A stretch of 63,941 bases of DNA, filler included, from Basidiobolus ranarum (Eukaryota): assembly GCA_040143965.1 (NCBI GenBank). It is 3 parts of 3 records of this genome, joined end to end, with 100 filler letters (N's around TTAATTAATTAA, not from the genome) between each part and the next. Parts side by side here need not be neighbours in the genome. Positions count along the whole stretch, not along the records: positions 1 to 22,501 come from JASJQH010000184.1; 2 more parts are not named here. One strand, written 5' to 3'. Under the pieces are notes generated by a model. It did no database searches. It was not told the origin of the DNA and saw only the letters and a list, made by a program, of their open reading frames with translations. Shown in pieces: positions 1 through 12,100 of the stretch. Position numbers and translations under genes: made by a program. The stretch's first letter is position 1. Each line of letters begins with the position of its first letter.

Positions 1-548
1 TCTGTATCGTTCCAATTTTTTCAAGTGTCAGAGGTTCCGAAGAACTTGACAATTGTAGTTGTCTATTATTTAATATATAGAAGCTCATAATCGCTCCTTG
101 TATAACTTATGGGTTTAAGAAAAATTTACATGGTGAAGAAATTTTAGGATCATTCACGTTAATCAAAAAACATAGACATTGTACGAAAAAAAAAAGAATT
201 CTAAAAGTTTACTGCATACTTTGCTAGATAGTATTTATTACTAAAAAGGTTGAATGTAGAGATAGAATCACTCAAACTTCGGCCATAACATTCTGGTCAC
301 AAAATAAAATCACCTAAATGGTGAGCCATTTTAGCCATTGGAAGCAAGTGATACCACTCTAAAAAAGCACAGACAGATGTATATAGGGTGAATTATCAAC
401 TGCCAATCAATAAGCAATGACCGATTACATCCGCGACATTTATGCTATTGGATCAAAACTTTAAATCAAGTAATCATGGGTAAATAATCAAGCTCCTATA
501 AATTAAGACTTGAAAGTAAGATTTCCAAAAACGAATTTGAGGACGACT

Positions 549-797
549 ATGTTTTCTCACCAAACCGTAAAGATGTGCTGCTGTGGTGATAACTGTCAAT
601 GCGAACAATGCGAATGCAAAGTAGTCGAAGTGAGGCAATTCTGCTTCTGCGAGGGTTGTGCTTGTGATAGCTGTGAATGCATCAAGACCTATGAAACTCC
701 TCCTTGCTGGTGCAAGGACACCTGCCAATGCATTAGCTGTCACGGAAAGAGGCAGGATAATTGTTGTAGTGGAGATAAGCCTCGAAACAGAGCATAG
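549..797 (+). CDS. Metallothionein-like small Cys-rich protein (82 aa, 20 Cys)
   Basis: ATG at 549 (the ORF track starts at an upstream TTG). Three similar Cys modules (CCCGDNCQCEQCEC, CFCEGCACDSCEC, CWCKDTCQCISC) plus a terminal CC. TATAAA at ~498. Confidence 0.7.
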   Translation: MFSHQTVKMCCCGDNCQCEQCECKVVEVRQFCFCEGCACDSCECIKTYETPPCWCKDTCQCISCHGKRQDNCCSGDKPRNRA

Positions 798-1473
798 CAG
801 AGAAGATAGTACCAAAACCTATAAACCGAATGATGAAAAAGCACAACGATGATAGAAAATCCCTCGACTGAATTCATGATAAACGAAAAACGACACAAAT
901 TATGTTCTAGTGTTTAGTATGGTGTAATATAATGAAAAGCAAAAAGATATTGTGGAAAGTTTCGAAAAGAAAATAAATTCCCTCTTAAAAAAGATTCAAA
1001 GATATCGATGAAGTCAAAATGTTTGATCACTGACGTAGAATATGACCTGAAACTATGTGGTAAAATAAGACGCTGAGAAAATGTCAAGGTGGGGTGTTTT
1101 ATGATTTGGAATGAGACATATGTGAATGGCTGTAGTACAGGTGAATAATATGAGCTTTTATGGACAAGGCTCACATTCAGGCATTCGTTAGTAATGTGTA
1201 TAGTTTATCAGAATTCATGATATGTGATTGAATGAGCTCCATATACTTACTTTTTCCACATATTAAACATATCAGCCAAGTGGAATCAAGCATCTCTTGT
1301 TTAGCCGTCAATATTTACGCATATGGTAGTACTAGTATATAGACCTTGGAAGAAATTCAGTAGCTTAAGTATACCTTTATTTCGGATAAATATTTGGAAC
1401 AAATCCGATTTCCAAATTAAAAGATCTTAGAAGACATATACCTCGAAACATGATTATATCCAACAAGTTGAGG

Positions 1474-1695
1474 TTAGCATACTACAGTTGATGATTTTAC
1501 TTCATCATACTCAGGAGGGAGATTAATAGAGTAGTTCTTCCGATCTTCGCCTTGATAATTGGGTGGAGGAACATCGGTACTGTTAGAGTCTTCCTTCTTT
1601 TGTGGCTTAATTTTGTTAATTACCCATGATACTGCTAGATATGGTGCAATCAGGCCAAGGACCCAGGAGAATTCTAGATCGTCTTTAAGTGGCAT
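1474..1695 (-). CDS. Small single-pass membrane protein with PY motifs
   Basis: 73 aa. Hydrophobic segment FSWVLGLIAPYLAVSWVI, then a basic patch, PPNY and LPPEY. TATAAA on the minus strand at ~1777-1782. Confidence 0.55.
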   Translation of the reverse strand: MPLKDDLEFSWVLGLIAPYLAVSWVINKIKPQKKEDSNSTDVPPPNYQGEDRKNYSINLPPEYDEVKSSTVVC

Positions 1696-2225
1696 TTATA
1701 GTGTTGTTGAGTAAAGGTTAGATAGGTAGAGTGGGTTATCGCAATATGAATTTTGGAAATGGTTTATCGTAACTCTATTTATAATAAGACTGCTACTATC
1801 CTTCTTAGATACAGGTTTTGAGTCATGGTTTGGTATTTTTAGATGTGTATATTCTTGTGAAATGAAATGGCGTCGAGTACTAGGTCATATGACATTCTGA
1901 GTACGCTCTCATCATGTAAATTCAGTTTAAGAATACATTGATAATACTCTTAGGTAATGCTAGGTAGTGATTAAATAGATAAATAAATAAACACTGCTCG
2001 AGTTCGGATCTTGTATAAGGCGTTTTGGTCAACATTTAGTGCTACCAGGGTTCTTAAAATTCCTAGCCCTCGGAACGCCTGTACTTCATTGAGTAAAACC
2101 CAATGTAGGGTCAGGGTTAAATTTGTTAAAGCTAGGGTAATTTTACTTGGTAAGAAAAACTTTGGGTATTTAAATAGATTAGTGAGAACAACATGTCTAG
2201 TGGAATGTTTACTGAATATTTGCAC

Positions 2226-4260
2226 TCAAGGATATGGTTTCAATGTTGCTGGTAACTCATCAGGAATCTCAGTTCCAGACCTGGCTAAGTTACACAAATG
2301 CATGGCGACAATAAATTGATCCGAGTCGAGATAACCATCACCATCCCAGTCAGCCAATCTCCAGACTTTGGCTAGCATATCATTACCAAGTCTAGTGTTC
2401 ATCATGGCAGGCTTTGCCTCCACTCCAGAGACTTTACCTTGCACAGGGCGACATGATCGGAACTGGATTAGATAAGGCTCTTTTTCAATTGTCTGGAAAT
2501 GCCACTGCGAGGCTGAATCGACTTCAAATGGATTAACAGGAGTATGGGCAGGACCAGAATCCTCAGTAGTGGTTCCTAGGTAAATAGTGAATATAAGCAC
2601 TCAGCGTAAAAAGAAATGCAAAATGAAGAGTAAAATACCGTGTGGAAGTTGGTGCATTAGTTTGGGGAAATCCTTGGATAAAGCCTACATCGAATTTTGT
2701 TAGCATCATAGGTTCAAAATCACAATGTTCAAAATCACTTGCCTCATCCACATTGTCCAAGATACGCTGATTAAGTTTGTTGAAATCGGCAAATTTGTAT
2801 CTTTTTAAGCCTTCCTTGAAAATCTCCACATTGGGGAAATCTCCTGGAGAAAGATTATATTTCTGTTGAATCTTGACAAACTCTTTGTCTAGATTTCCAA
2901 TCAACTCCGCCTGCTTGCTATCTTTACCAAACATCGCAGGCATTTCTTTTTTCAAATGACTGATAATGTACGCATGGACCTATAATAGATTGAGTTATAA
3001 TGATAAGAAATACTAGAGGTATAGCGCCTTCTTACCTTTGCAATTCTAGCTCTTTTTACGATTTCATTTACTTTGCGCACAGTGGCGTTTTTAGGTAGAT
3101 CGTCTAAATCCTGTAAAAGATCCGACTGCTCAGCCAACAAGAGCTCTCTGCTATCCTCGAACACGTTGGATGGCTTCTCCAACCAAAATGATCCCAAGTA
3201 AACCCGCATTACTTCTGGGGATTGGATAACCTTACCAAGAGACCACATTAACGCTCCGTAGCTGTTGCATGTATAGATAACATTAGAACTCCGGTAACTA
3301 TATGGTAGAAGTATATATCTACTTACACACGCATCAATTGCTGATTCGATACTTGATCGCATTTATTCAATACAACTCTAATTTTTTCTTCCTGTCCGCG
3401 CAACACTTGAATCGCAGTTTTAAATTCATCTGAAATATCTAGTTTGTGACCATCAAACAACAGCAAGATGATATCAGCTCGTTCAGCAAACCACCTGATA
3501 ATCGCACTGAAATCATAACCGCGGTCCAATCGTTGTTTCTCACCAGACAAAATACCTGGTGTATCAATGATAGTCATATCTTCAAGCATAGGTGACTTCG
3601 ATTGTGATACCTAGATTTCGTTGTATTTATTTAATTTTGGGTCGATTATGAAACTTCTAAACATGCAATAAACATACCTGAAAACGCGAAAGAAAGGCTG
3701 TACCGAACTTTTGCAGACCACCAAATGGCAGATCTCCCGATACAGCAGCAGCATTCCCTGGGATTACCTTGATAGAAAACTATTGAGTATCCTCATTTCG
3801 AAATTAACTTCAAAGCCTTCAAATTTCTTAACTCACCTTATCATCTGTACCATTCATAACAGCCACGAATCTATCCGTAGTCTAAGTACATTATTTCGTT
3901 GGTTAGTTTGGGACTCTTTCAAGAGATTTGCCAAATTTCAAAGTCAAAGGCATAAATGATTATACAGATGAGTACCGGTTCAACACCAATATGTGCTCCT
4001 GGGTAATTTTTTTGCAATAGATATTTGATAAAACTTGTTTTTCCAGTTGAATACTGTCCGATGAGAAGCACTATAGGTTTAGCATCGATATCTCTATCAG
4101 TCAAAGGAGCTGAATGGAAGCCCTCAAAGTTGTAAGTAGTCTCTAAAGGCTTGACCTTTTGTTGGTAAACTTTTTTTAAGGAATCTATAATGGGTTGGTA
4201 GTCGAAACTCCCAGTTGAACTTTTGGTTTCTGATTTAGAAGCTTTCTTTAATTTACTCAT
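2226..4260 (-). CDS. EHD1: EH-domain-containing dynamin-like ATPase (EHD/RME-1/PAST1 family), multi-exon
   Basis: P-loop [65 protein letters not shown]-terminal EH domain with [13 protein letters not shown]. Exons join through short introns. Confidence 0.95.
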
Positions 4261-4859
4261 GACTCAATAGTGGGTTTGAAAAATATCAAGTGTAGGAGTA
4301 GATAGTGTGAAGGTAATATTATTGAGCTACTTGACTGTATTTGTAATTATCAACATTGATGTATCTATCTATATCTATATATCAATCGACGAATTCATTG
4401 AAGGGGTTAGGGTTAGGGTAGTCCTAATACCATTCCAACCAAAAGATTTCTATGCACTTAATTCATGCTTTAACTATGCATTTTATGCACCGTATCACGT
4501 GCAGATCACACAGGGGTAAATTCATACTCAGAATAATTTATTAATTGTCCCATTTCCTCAGATACAAAATATAAGGAAAGAGCCATGGACATGGGAAAAG
4601 TATCTTTTAACATAATAACCTAGTAGTAAGGTGCTCATTGTTTCCTGTCCAATTTCTCTATGGCAGTAACTCATGAAACTTTACTTAGATCAATGGTCGT
4701 TACTCTTAGACTGTCAAGATTTGAATTCTCAACGACTTGATGGTCACCTGGTAACGATACATACTCTTACATATTATCACAATACAAATTCAATATATTC
4801 ACCATATATTCATGCTAAATATATGACAAGTGTCATAAATGAATGTTAAATTACCTTTG

Positions 4860-5170
4860 TTACGTCGCAAGAGAAATGCCTACGTCATAGTGTTTAGAAC
4901 GTAGTTTTCTATGATGTAGGCAATTTCACTTTCCCAAATTTGTCATTCTTTACGTCAGTTCCAAAACAGTACATGCGACCAATGGCTAGCTATCAATCGG
5001 CAAAAAAGAGATACAAGCGTGGTTAAAGAAAGCCTTAAATAAATGAATTTTTGCATTGATTGGCTCACAGTCAAATCCAGATTGCTAGAGTACTCGTCAG
5101 AGCTACGCCATCGGTAACGTATTTCCGAGGATGGATGTGAAGAATTTTAAGTCAGTTAACGAGTATATAA
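4860..5170 (+). promoter_or_regulatory. Promoter with clustered CRE (ATF/CREB-like) sites, CCAAT boxes and TATA
   Basis: TTACGTCG 4860, TACGTCA 4881, TTACGTCA 4950; CCAAT ~4979 and ATTGG ~5059; TATATAA ~5164, upstream of the ATG at 5257. Confidence 0.4.
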
Positions 5171-5256
5171 CTAGCACCTTGCACCTGCACATCCCCTCAT
5201 CTTGATCAGCACAACTTGTGATTTTGTCTTAGTCCCACCATAACATTAAGAACACC

Positions 5257-5514
5257 ATGTATTCCGCATTCGATAGATCATTTATACACTCTCCAGAGAT
5301 TCTACTATCCGACACTGAATATGAATACTTTGTAATCGACAATACTCGTCCAGCACAAATCAGTTCTACCTCTAGTAACTCAAGTATTTCATCACAGTAC
5401 TCAACAAATGATTCTCAATACTCCTTGCGTGGACGCCCACTGACCCACCAAGAGGCCAAATATCATCGTGATTTGGCCCTTCGATACAAAGTGATACTGA
5501 CATACACTTCATAA
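5257..5514 (+). CDS. Hypothetical 85-aa Ser-rich protein
   Basis: ATG in a good context (ACACCATG), TATA ~90 nt upstream, AT-rich 3' flank. No family recognised. Confidence 0.5.
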   Translation: MYSAFDRSFIHSPEILLSDTEYEYFVIDNTRPAQISSTSSNSSISSQYSTNDSQYSLRGRPLTHQEAKYHRDLALRYKVILTYTS

Positions 5515-7448
5515 CTCTTCATGTACAAAAATTTTCTAGTCTCGTCGTAAATAGTTATTGTTTAAAAATTCAATTCCACGTGGTAAAATTTGTACATAAC
5601 GAAATCCTATCTGTATATTACCTTCACAAACAAATCATCCGTTTTAGTACAAAGGTAAATGGTTTTGGGAAGTAGTGAATTGTATTAATAAAATATGATC
5701 AGCTACCCTATTAGTATACTGCGTTCTAGTCTTCTCACAGCACTTCGATTGTTAAAGTTAAAAATCTCGTGGTTTATCACTACATGCAAGTAGATAGAAT
5801 GATTAATATAGCCTCCCATTCCATGTGTACCTTGGACGGATGTTATTGTGCTGGAAAGTATCCATAAACCATCAGAAAATGCTGGTTACTCTATCAAACA
5901 AGGTATAAAGGAGCAACGTTGAGACTAAGTTTAAGTTGGCGCTGTTTTCTGAAAGCAGTTACCAGAGTTAAATCTAGGAGTGGTACTTCTTACGGCTATG
6001 TGCGACTCTGTACATAGTCCATCGTCTCAGGCATTGAGCTTAACCTTATCGAAATAACACACTTGTCCACTATTTAGGATTTATTAAACTGTGGTTCTCC
6101 TCCACCACTACTAAAAATGATACCGACTCTACGCTTAGAAGTAAGGAAAGCTTCTGAATATATCCCTTGCAAGTATAGTCTTGGAGATTGATTGAAACAG
6201 GCTTAAATTGCATGGAATTAATTGTTCATTTGCGTAGATTGAGTCATTTTCAAGATGTGATAAGTAATCATCTAAAGTGGAAATAACTGCTATAAACAGC
6301 AAACAGCCCTCATAATTGGATGGTATCAAGTGTATGTGCTCTTTTGGAGGCTTGTTAGTTGGCTTTGGAAGTGAACGAGATGTTAAGCACAAATAAATCG
6401 AATGTGGCTAAAACCTGTTCTACTAAAGACATATCAAGCCCATTGGTCACGGTTTAATAAATGTTTCATTGAATTGACACAAGAGGTGAATAAGACTGGT
6501 TTTAGGGCTAGGTGTGAGTCACTCAACGTTCCCTAGAATCTCATTATTAAATTGGTCTCTTATCTAACAAGAATATTGTCGATGCTCGTGATTAGAGGAC
6601 AGAGTCACCTCAACCCAAAAGTTGCCTCCACAGAATATTGGCTGTTCAAGCCCTCTCCGCAATTGACTACCAGACAGGGGCATAAACTGAGCTGGATATT
6701 GATAAATAAGGATTGTGTTGAAGATGTGGACAGATATCGATTGTGTTGGTGCTCAGCTGGAGGTGGATTGTATAGTTATTATGGATTGTATTGGAGCCAC
6801 CCTCGTCTGAAATGAATGTTAGGGGATATTAAAATAAAATCTCTCCACAGCATAAATAGAGGGAATGCATACAAGGTTTCTTAAATCATTATATGCATTT
6901 CTATCCTGAAGGTTTCTGATTGCTGGGATTCACTCACCCTTAGAGTTAACCCTTACCTTAATTCTCATATATCTGTGGAAGAATATTTCGTTACCTTGAC
7001 TATCTTAAACTCACATATAAAGACGCACCTTACTTCCTTTTTTGAAAGATTACAAGTCTCAAACTGTTGCTACTATTTTCACTTGTTTACCATTGCCTTA
7101 TTTATACAGTTCATCCGGTGAATCCCTTTCCCCGCGTTCCTAATTTGTTCTCCTCCAAATTCTTCCCTATTTGAAATATTCTCCTTTTAGTCTTCGTTTG
7201 ACTACTTAGCTCTTCGCGTCCTAGCTATACAATCAATTTAGAGCTAGTCGAATATCCTCTAGTAGCTAAATACTTTTATCCAATATTACTGCTCATCTTT
7301 TCGTTGACCGAAATAAGCATAATAATATATCAACTAGAGCTTTTTCAACTCCATAGGGGATTCTCCAAGCTCCTTAAGAAAACAACTACTTGTTTGGAAC
7401 ATATCTCCATCCGCTCTAAATTATTCCTTCATAATTCACTATTCAGCG

Positions 7449-8567
7449 ATGAACCGGAACAGCTCTCCTAGTTTATCCCAAGGGTTTGCTTCGAAAGAGG
7501 AAACCCGCGGGACAAAGCGTGATTTCGAAGAGGATGACGAGGTTGACTCCGACGATAGCATTCCTAAGAATGAAAAACGATCCGGTCGTCGTAAGATCAA
7601 AATTGAGTATATTGATGACAAAAACCGTAGACATATTACTTTTAGTAAGCGTAAAGCCGGTATCATGAAAAAGGTGCATATTTCGATCGAATGATATATT
7701 TGTTATTTAATTAACCTCATTTTTCTGTTATAGGCTTACGAGCTTAGCACTCTAACCGGAACTCAAGTGCTTTTGCTGGTGGTTTCAGAGACAGGACTGG
7801 TGTACACATTTACCACTCCAAAATTACAGCCTTTAGTTACTCAATCTGAGGGTAAGAACTTAATCCAGTCTTGCCTTAATGCTCCAGACACAATTTCAGA
7901 GAAGGAAAGCAACACATCGATTGTAAGAAAATTGATACTTCAATAATACATCAATCGACAGTCATTTACGATTCTTTTTTACTTTTAAAACAGTCCCAAT
8001 CAAGTCAACAAACAGCTGTGGCTTCACAGCCTGTCCAACCTCAAGGTCCCACCTCAAAACAACTTCCCTCTCCACCGCAAACACAGCGTCAACTATTATC
8101 CTCGCAAATACAGAGTCAACAAACACCGGCTGGTTATGGAGGGGATACCACTACTGGAGTTGATCCCAACTCAGATAACCCATATGGAAATGATAGACAA
8201 GTAATAATCAAACTCTTGAGTATCGTAAGAATTATTACTAATTAATGCTACCTAGAACGTACGCAACTTGCAACAGCAGTCACAACCACCAACCCAAGGC
8301 TACAATCCATCGGTAGCAAGTATGAATTATGGACATCAGTATGGTGGTCTCCCTAACCAAATACCTGGTCCTATTCCTATGGGAAATGTTGGTAATTACA
8401 TCAATACGCAACAGTATCCTCAATACAGTCAGTCACATATGGGGTCCTATGTTCCACCTAATGGTCAATATATGGCGCCATCCAATTACTGGCCCAACGG
8501 CGCTGAGAACACCGGTGGTGTTGCCAAATCTCCACAATATCCTTCGCACTCTGGAACGTCGAAATAA
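7449..8567 (+). CDS. MCM1: SRF-type MADS-box transcription factor (Mcm1/SRF)
   Basis: Exons 7449-7673, 7734-7922, 7994-8200, 8256-8567. GRRKIKIEYIDDKNRRHITFSKRKAGIMKKAYELSTLTGTQVLLLVVSETGLVYTFTTPKLQPL; Q/P/Y-rich C-terminus. Confidence 0.96.
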
Positions 8568-9175
8568 ATCTCTAGTGTAGTCACTTCATTGTTTATCCAT
8601 TAGATTATGAGGATTCTTGAATTTTTCAATTTCATGTTTTGCTTGCAATATTATCCCAACATCTTTTAATTGTCACATGCTAGCTTACTATATTATTTTT
8701 CGTCTTTCACCGTATTATAATTGTCAATTTTTCCCGTTTTCTGTTTCATTACTACATTGAGTATCATTGCCAAGCTATTGAAGCAAACAAATTCCCCTCC
8801 TCCCCTTCACTGGTGTTGAGTCTATCAAAAATACTAGGAAATCTTCCAGCTATTATAAAAAAAGGCATTGTTAATGATACAAAAGCATCCCATCAGTCTA
8901 GTATATGTTTTGTCGATGTGTACTTTAACCGACACCTGATACCTAAATTGAATGCATACTATCATTTCCGAATGAATTCTTAGGAACAAGATAAAGATTT
9001 GATTAGAGCACCCAAAAAAATCAAAATCTTAAAGAAATCAATGGAAAATACGATGTTTACTAATCATACCAACCAAAAGGAATTTTCAATTTTTTTTAAA
9101 CTTAAAATTCCCGTCTTTTCTCCTCCAGGTCATATCTTCTACAATTGTATTACTAATTTTACGAAAAGTTTACAC

Positions 9176-12100
9176 ATGCAACGTATACGCCCAAAATGTT
9201 CGGACGAGAACGAGGATGATTTGTTACAATTACAAGAAGACTTCTTATTCGGTGTTCACCCTCCTGCTGCCACTGTTAAACGAGTAAACAAACCACCTAG
9301 TGTTGAGCTTGACAAAGTCCAACCTGTCCCTCTAAAGAAGGAAGAGCAAGTCGGAGAAGAGGAGGATTTAAGTGATTCAGATTTACCACCTCCTTTGATC
9401 GAAAAAGTTAATAAACCCACCAGTACAAATGATACGTTAACCAACGCAAGAAGTGAAAATACTTCAAAACCACCCAATATTCAACCAGATCGGATAGCTT
9501 TAGATATCGACGAAATGCCACCACTTGTAAAAAATCCTACCGAAACCACTAAAAAGAAATCCATCTTCGCTGCTCGTTTAAATAAACAACTCGCTCCACC
9601 CTCTACTTCGATGGAGGCGCCATCAACAAAGACCAATTTTAGTTTTGGTATAGGTTTGTTAGGGGAAGTGAAAGAGAAATCGAGTACTACTTTTGAGCAA
9701 GTAAATTCTACCCCAAATTTCCCTACTGGATTCCCAAAGCCAGTTCATCGAAGCTTATTCAAGAGAAATATGAAGAAAACCGTACAGGTTGATAGTGAAC
9801 CTGTAGAGCCCAAAATTGAAAATGTAATGTACCGTCAAATCGATGAAGAGAACACCGAGACTCTTTCCAATATGACTGAAGAGGAAATCTTAGAAGCACA
9901 AGCGGAATTGATGAGACAATTAGACCCGGCGTTAATAGAGAAACTTAGAAATAGACAACCTCTTTCACAAAGAAGCCTAAAACCAAACGAAGAGATCAAA
10001 GAAGTCGAGAGTACTATTCCTATTGAAGCACAAGGTACCAAAAAAGAGGAAGGTAATCAGTTTCCTGATGAAATGAATATCGTAGAGATGAAGGAAAAAT
10101 ACTTTCCAAACGTTCAAGCAGAGCCTGAAAAGTTAAAGTGGATGCTAGATGAAGACACCATTAATTCATTGGACGAAAACGTTACCGCATCAGACGCCTC
10201 CAATACTCCTAAAGCTGACCATCCAGTTCTAAAGGTTAGATTTGACTTTCATGGTAATCAGTTGAAAGAAAATGAAGACGTACCAACCCATATGGGCCTC
10301 CATCACCATGGAGATGATCCTGATCGCCCTGGCTATACTTTAGCGGAGCTGCTCCATTTAATGAGAAGCGCAGTGTCATCGCAAAGAATCATTAGTCTAA
10401 ACATAATTGGGAAAATCATCAGAAATCTTAAAAGCGGTCAACACGGCGTAGACATACAGAAGTTAATTCTCGATTATTTGATGAAAGAAAAGGCAGCCGT
10501 TTACATCAGAGCAGCTGTTGATGATGTTAACGAATCAGCGATGGCTGCTGCTTTAAATACTTTGTCAGTATGGATAAGTGATGATGCTGAAGAAACCATT
10601 TGGGACGATATCCTTCTTTTGTCAAAAGGAAGCATCTTTGTACCCAGAGTCGACGCGCCCTCCATTGCTACCACACGCAACAATAGATTAGGTTTCGATG
10701 TAAGCGAAGAGAACGATGATGGTGATGAAGTTGAGAATGAAAACACAATCCAAGGGCATGCCAAACTTGCATCCAAGGACATCATCAAAGGGCTATTGGC
10801 CATGAACCTTCTTCCCAGACTTCGCTATCTGCTTGACTATTCCCGTCTTCCAGATTTCTCCATTAGCCAAATCTTTAAAATCCTCGTGCAGATCGCCCAG
10901 CACTCGGTAGAATCGTCTCGAGCAGTATTTGACTGTCCCGACATGATCAACACTATCAGAGGATATATCTCTCGGCAATGGCCTCCATATTCCGATGAAC
11001 GCGTCAATCAATTTCCCAATGTTTTGGCAGTAAAGCTCATGCGTATTTGGGCCCAATCAAATCGCTCTATCGCCAAAGAATTGATTGATAAAGAACTGGT
11101 GAACTCCCTCTTACGCTTTATGGTAGTTGATCCAGATATCTTAAAAAAGGAAGATCAAGCTCGGGGATATCAACTCCAGCTTGAGACCCTTAAACTCTGG
11201 AATATATTGACCACTTACGGATTTTACTGTCATATTCTCGGAGATTTTCATCAAGAATTTGTGAAATATGTGTCTGCCTTAAGTCAGCTACAGCCTTGGA
11301 CGCAAACTGATCTCATAAGTAGGCTGCGCACAAAGAAGGTCGTTCTTTTCTTCCGACTATTGGAAAACTTAACCTATGCTGCGGTGGACACACATAGTAC
11401 AGAGCCAGAGCACGCTGTTTGTTGGCCTCATGTAACCCTCTTTTCTTCGTACGCCATCCTCCTCTTCAACCAGATCAGTCAAACACTTGAGGAGCAGGAG
11501 AGCTTTAAAGGGGACATGACATTATGTGAGCTGGCTATGGCCAGTATGGGGCAGTATTTATCGGGATGGTTAAGATATGTCGATAGTAATGACACAACTG
11601 ATCTTCCACAAGTCCTTGAACTTCGGAAGCAATTAAACCTTGATAGCTGGACCACTTCGAAGATGTTTGAACACTCTGCCTTGCGCATCACCTCGCTAAT
11701 CAACGATATCTCTAAAGCAGAGAAGACAAAAGAGTCACATTTCATCCCCGGACTTTATCTCTCGAATCGACTGAGAACTGCCGAATATATGTATGAACTC
11801 TCGGCGATTTGCAATTATGTATCGACTTATTTGGATTTGGTTACGAAAATGAAAAAATTCATTTCTGACTTTTATGGGTTGGGCCAGACTTTGTTGACCT
11901 CCACAAATTTACTGAGCTTATTGGACTGTTTAAGTCAAAATTTCCAACCGGAAACTGAGTGGATGTCGCAGATTGTTCGTGGACAGTATCTAGCTATATA
12001 TTCTTGGGTCAATTTGTTCAACAAAATTTGTGACACTCTAAAGCCAAAAGAGGAAATCCCCGAGGGTTTATTCTCCGCATTTACATCCTACTACACTGCA

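Noticed and set aside
474-815. 113-aa antisense ORF over the Cys-rich gene (and other shadow ORFs in RPAP1, DCAF8, DUS1, homeodomain genes)
   Set aside because: Explained as antisense or alternate-frame shadows of real genes.
8999-9175. N-terminal extension of RPAP1 in the ORF track
   Set aside because: TTG start and A/T-run composition typical of promoter or UTR; ATG 9176 is more plausible.
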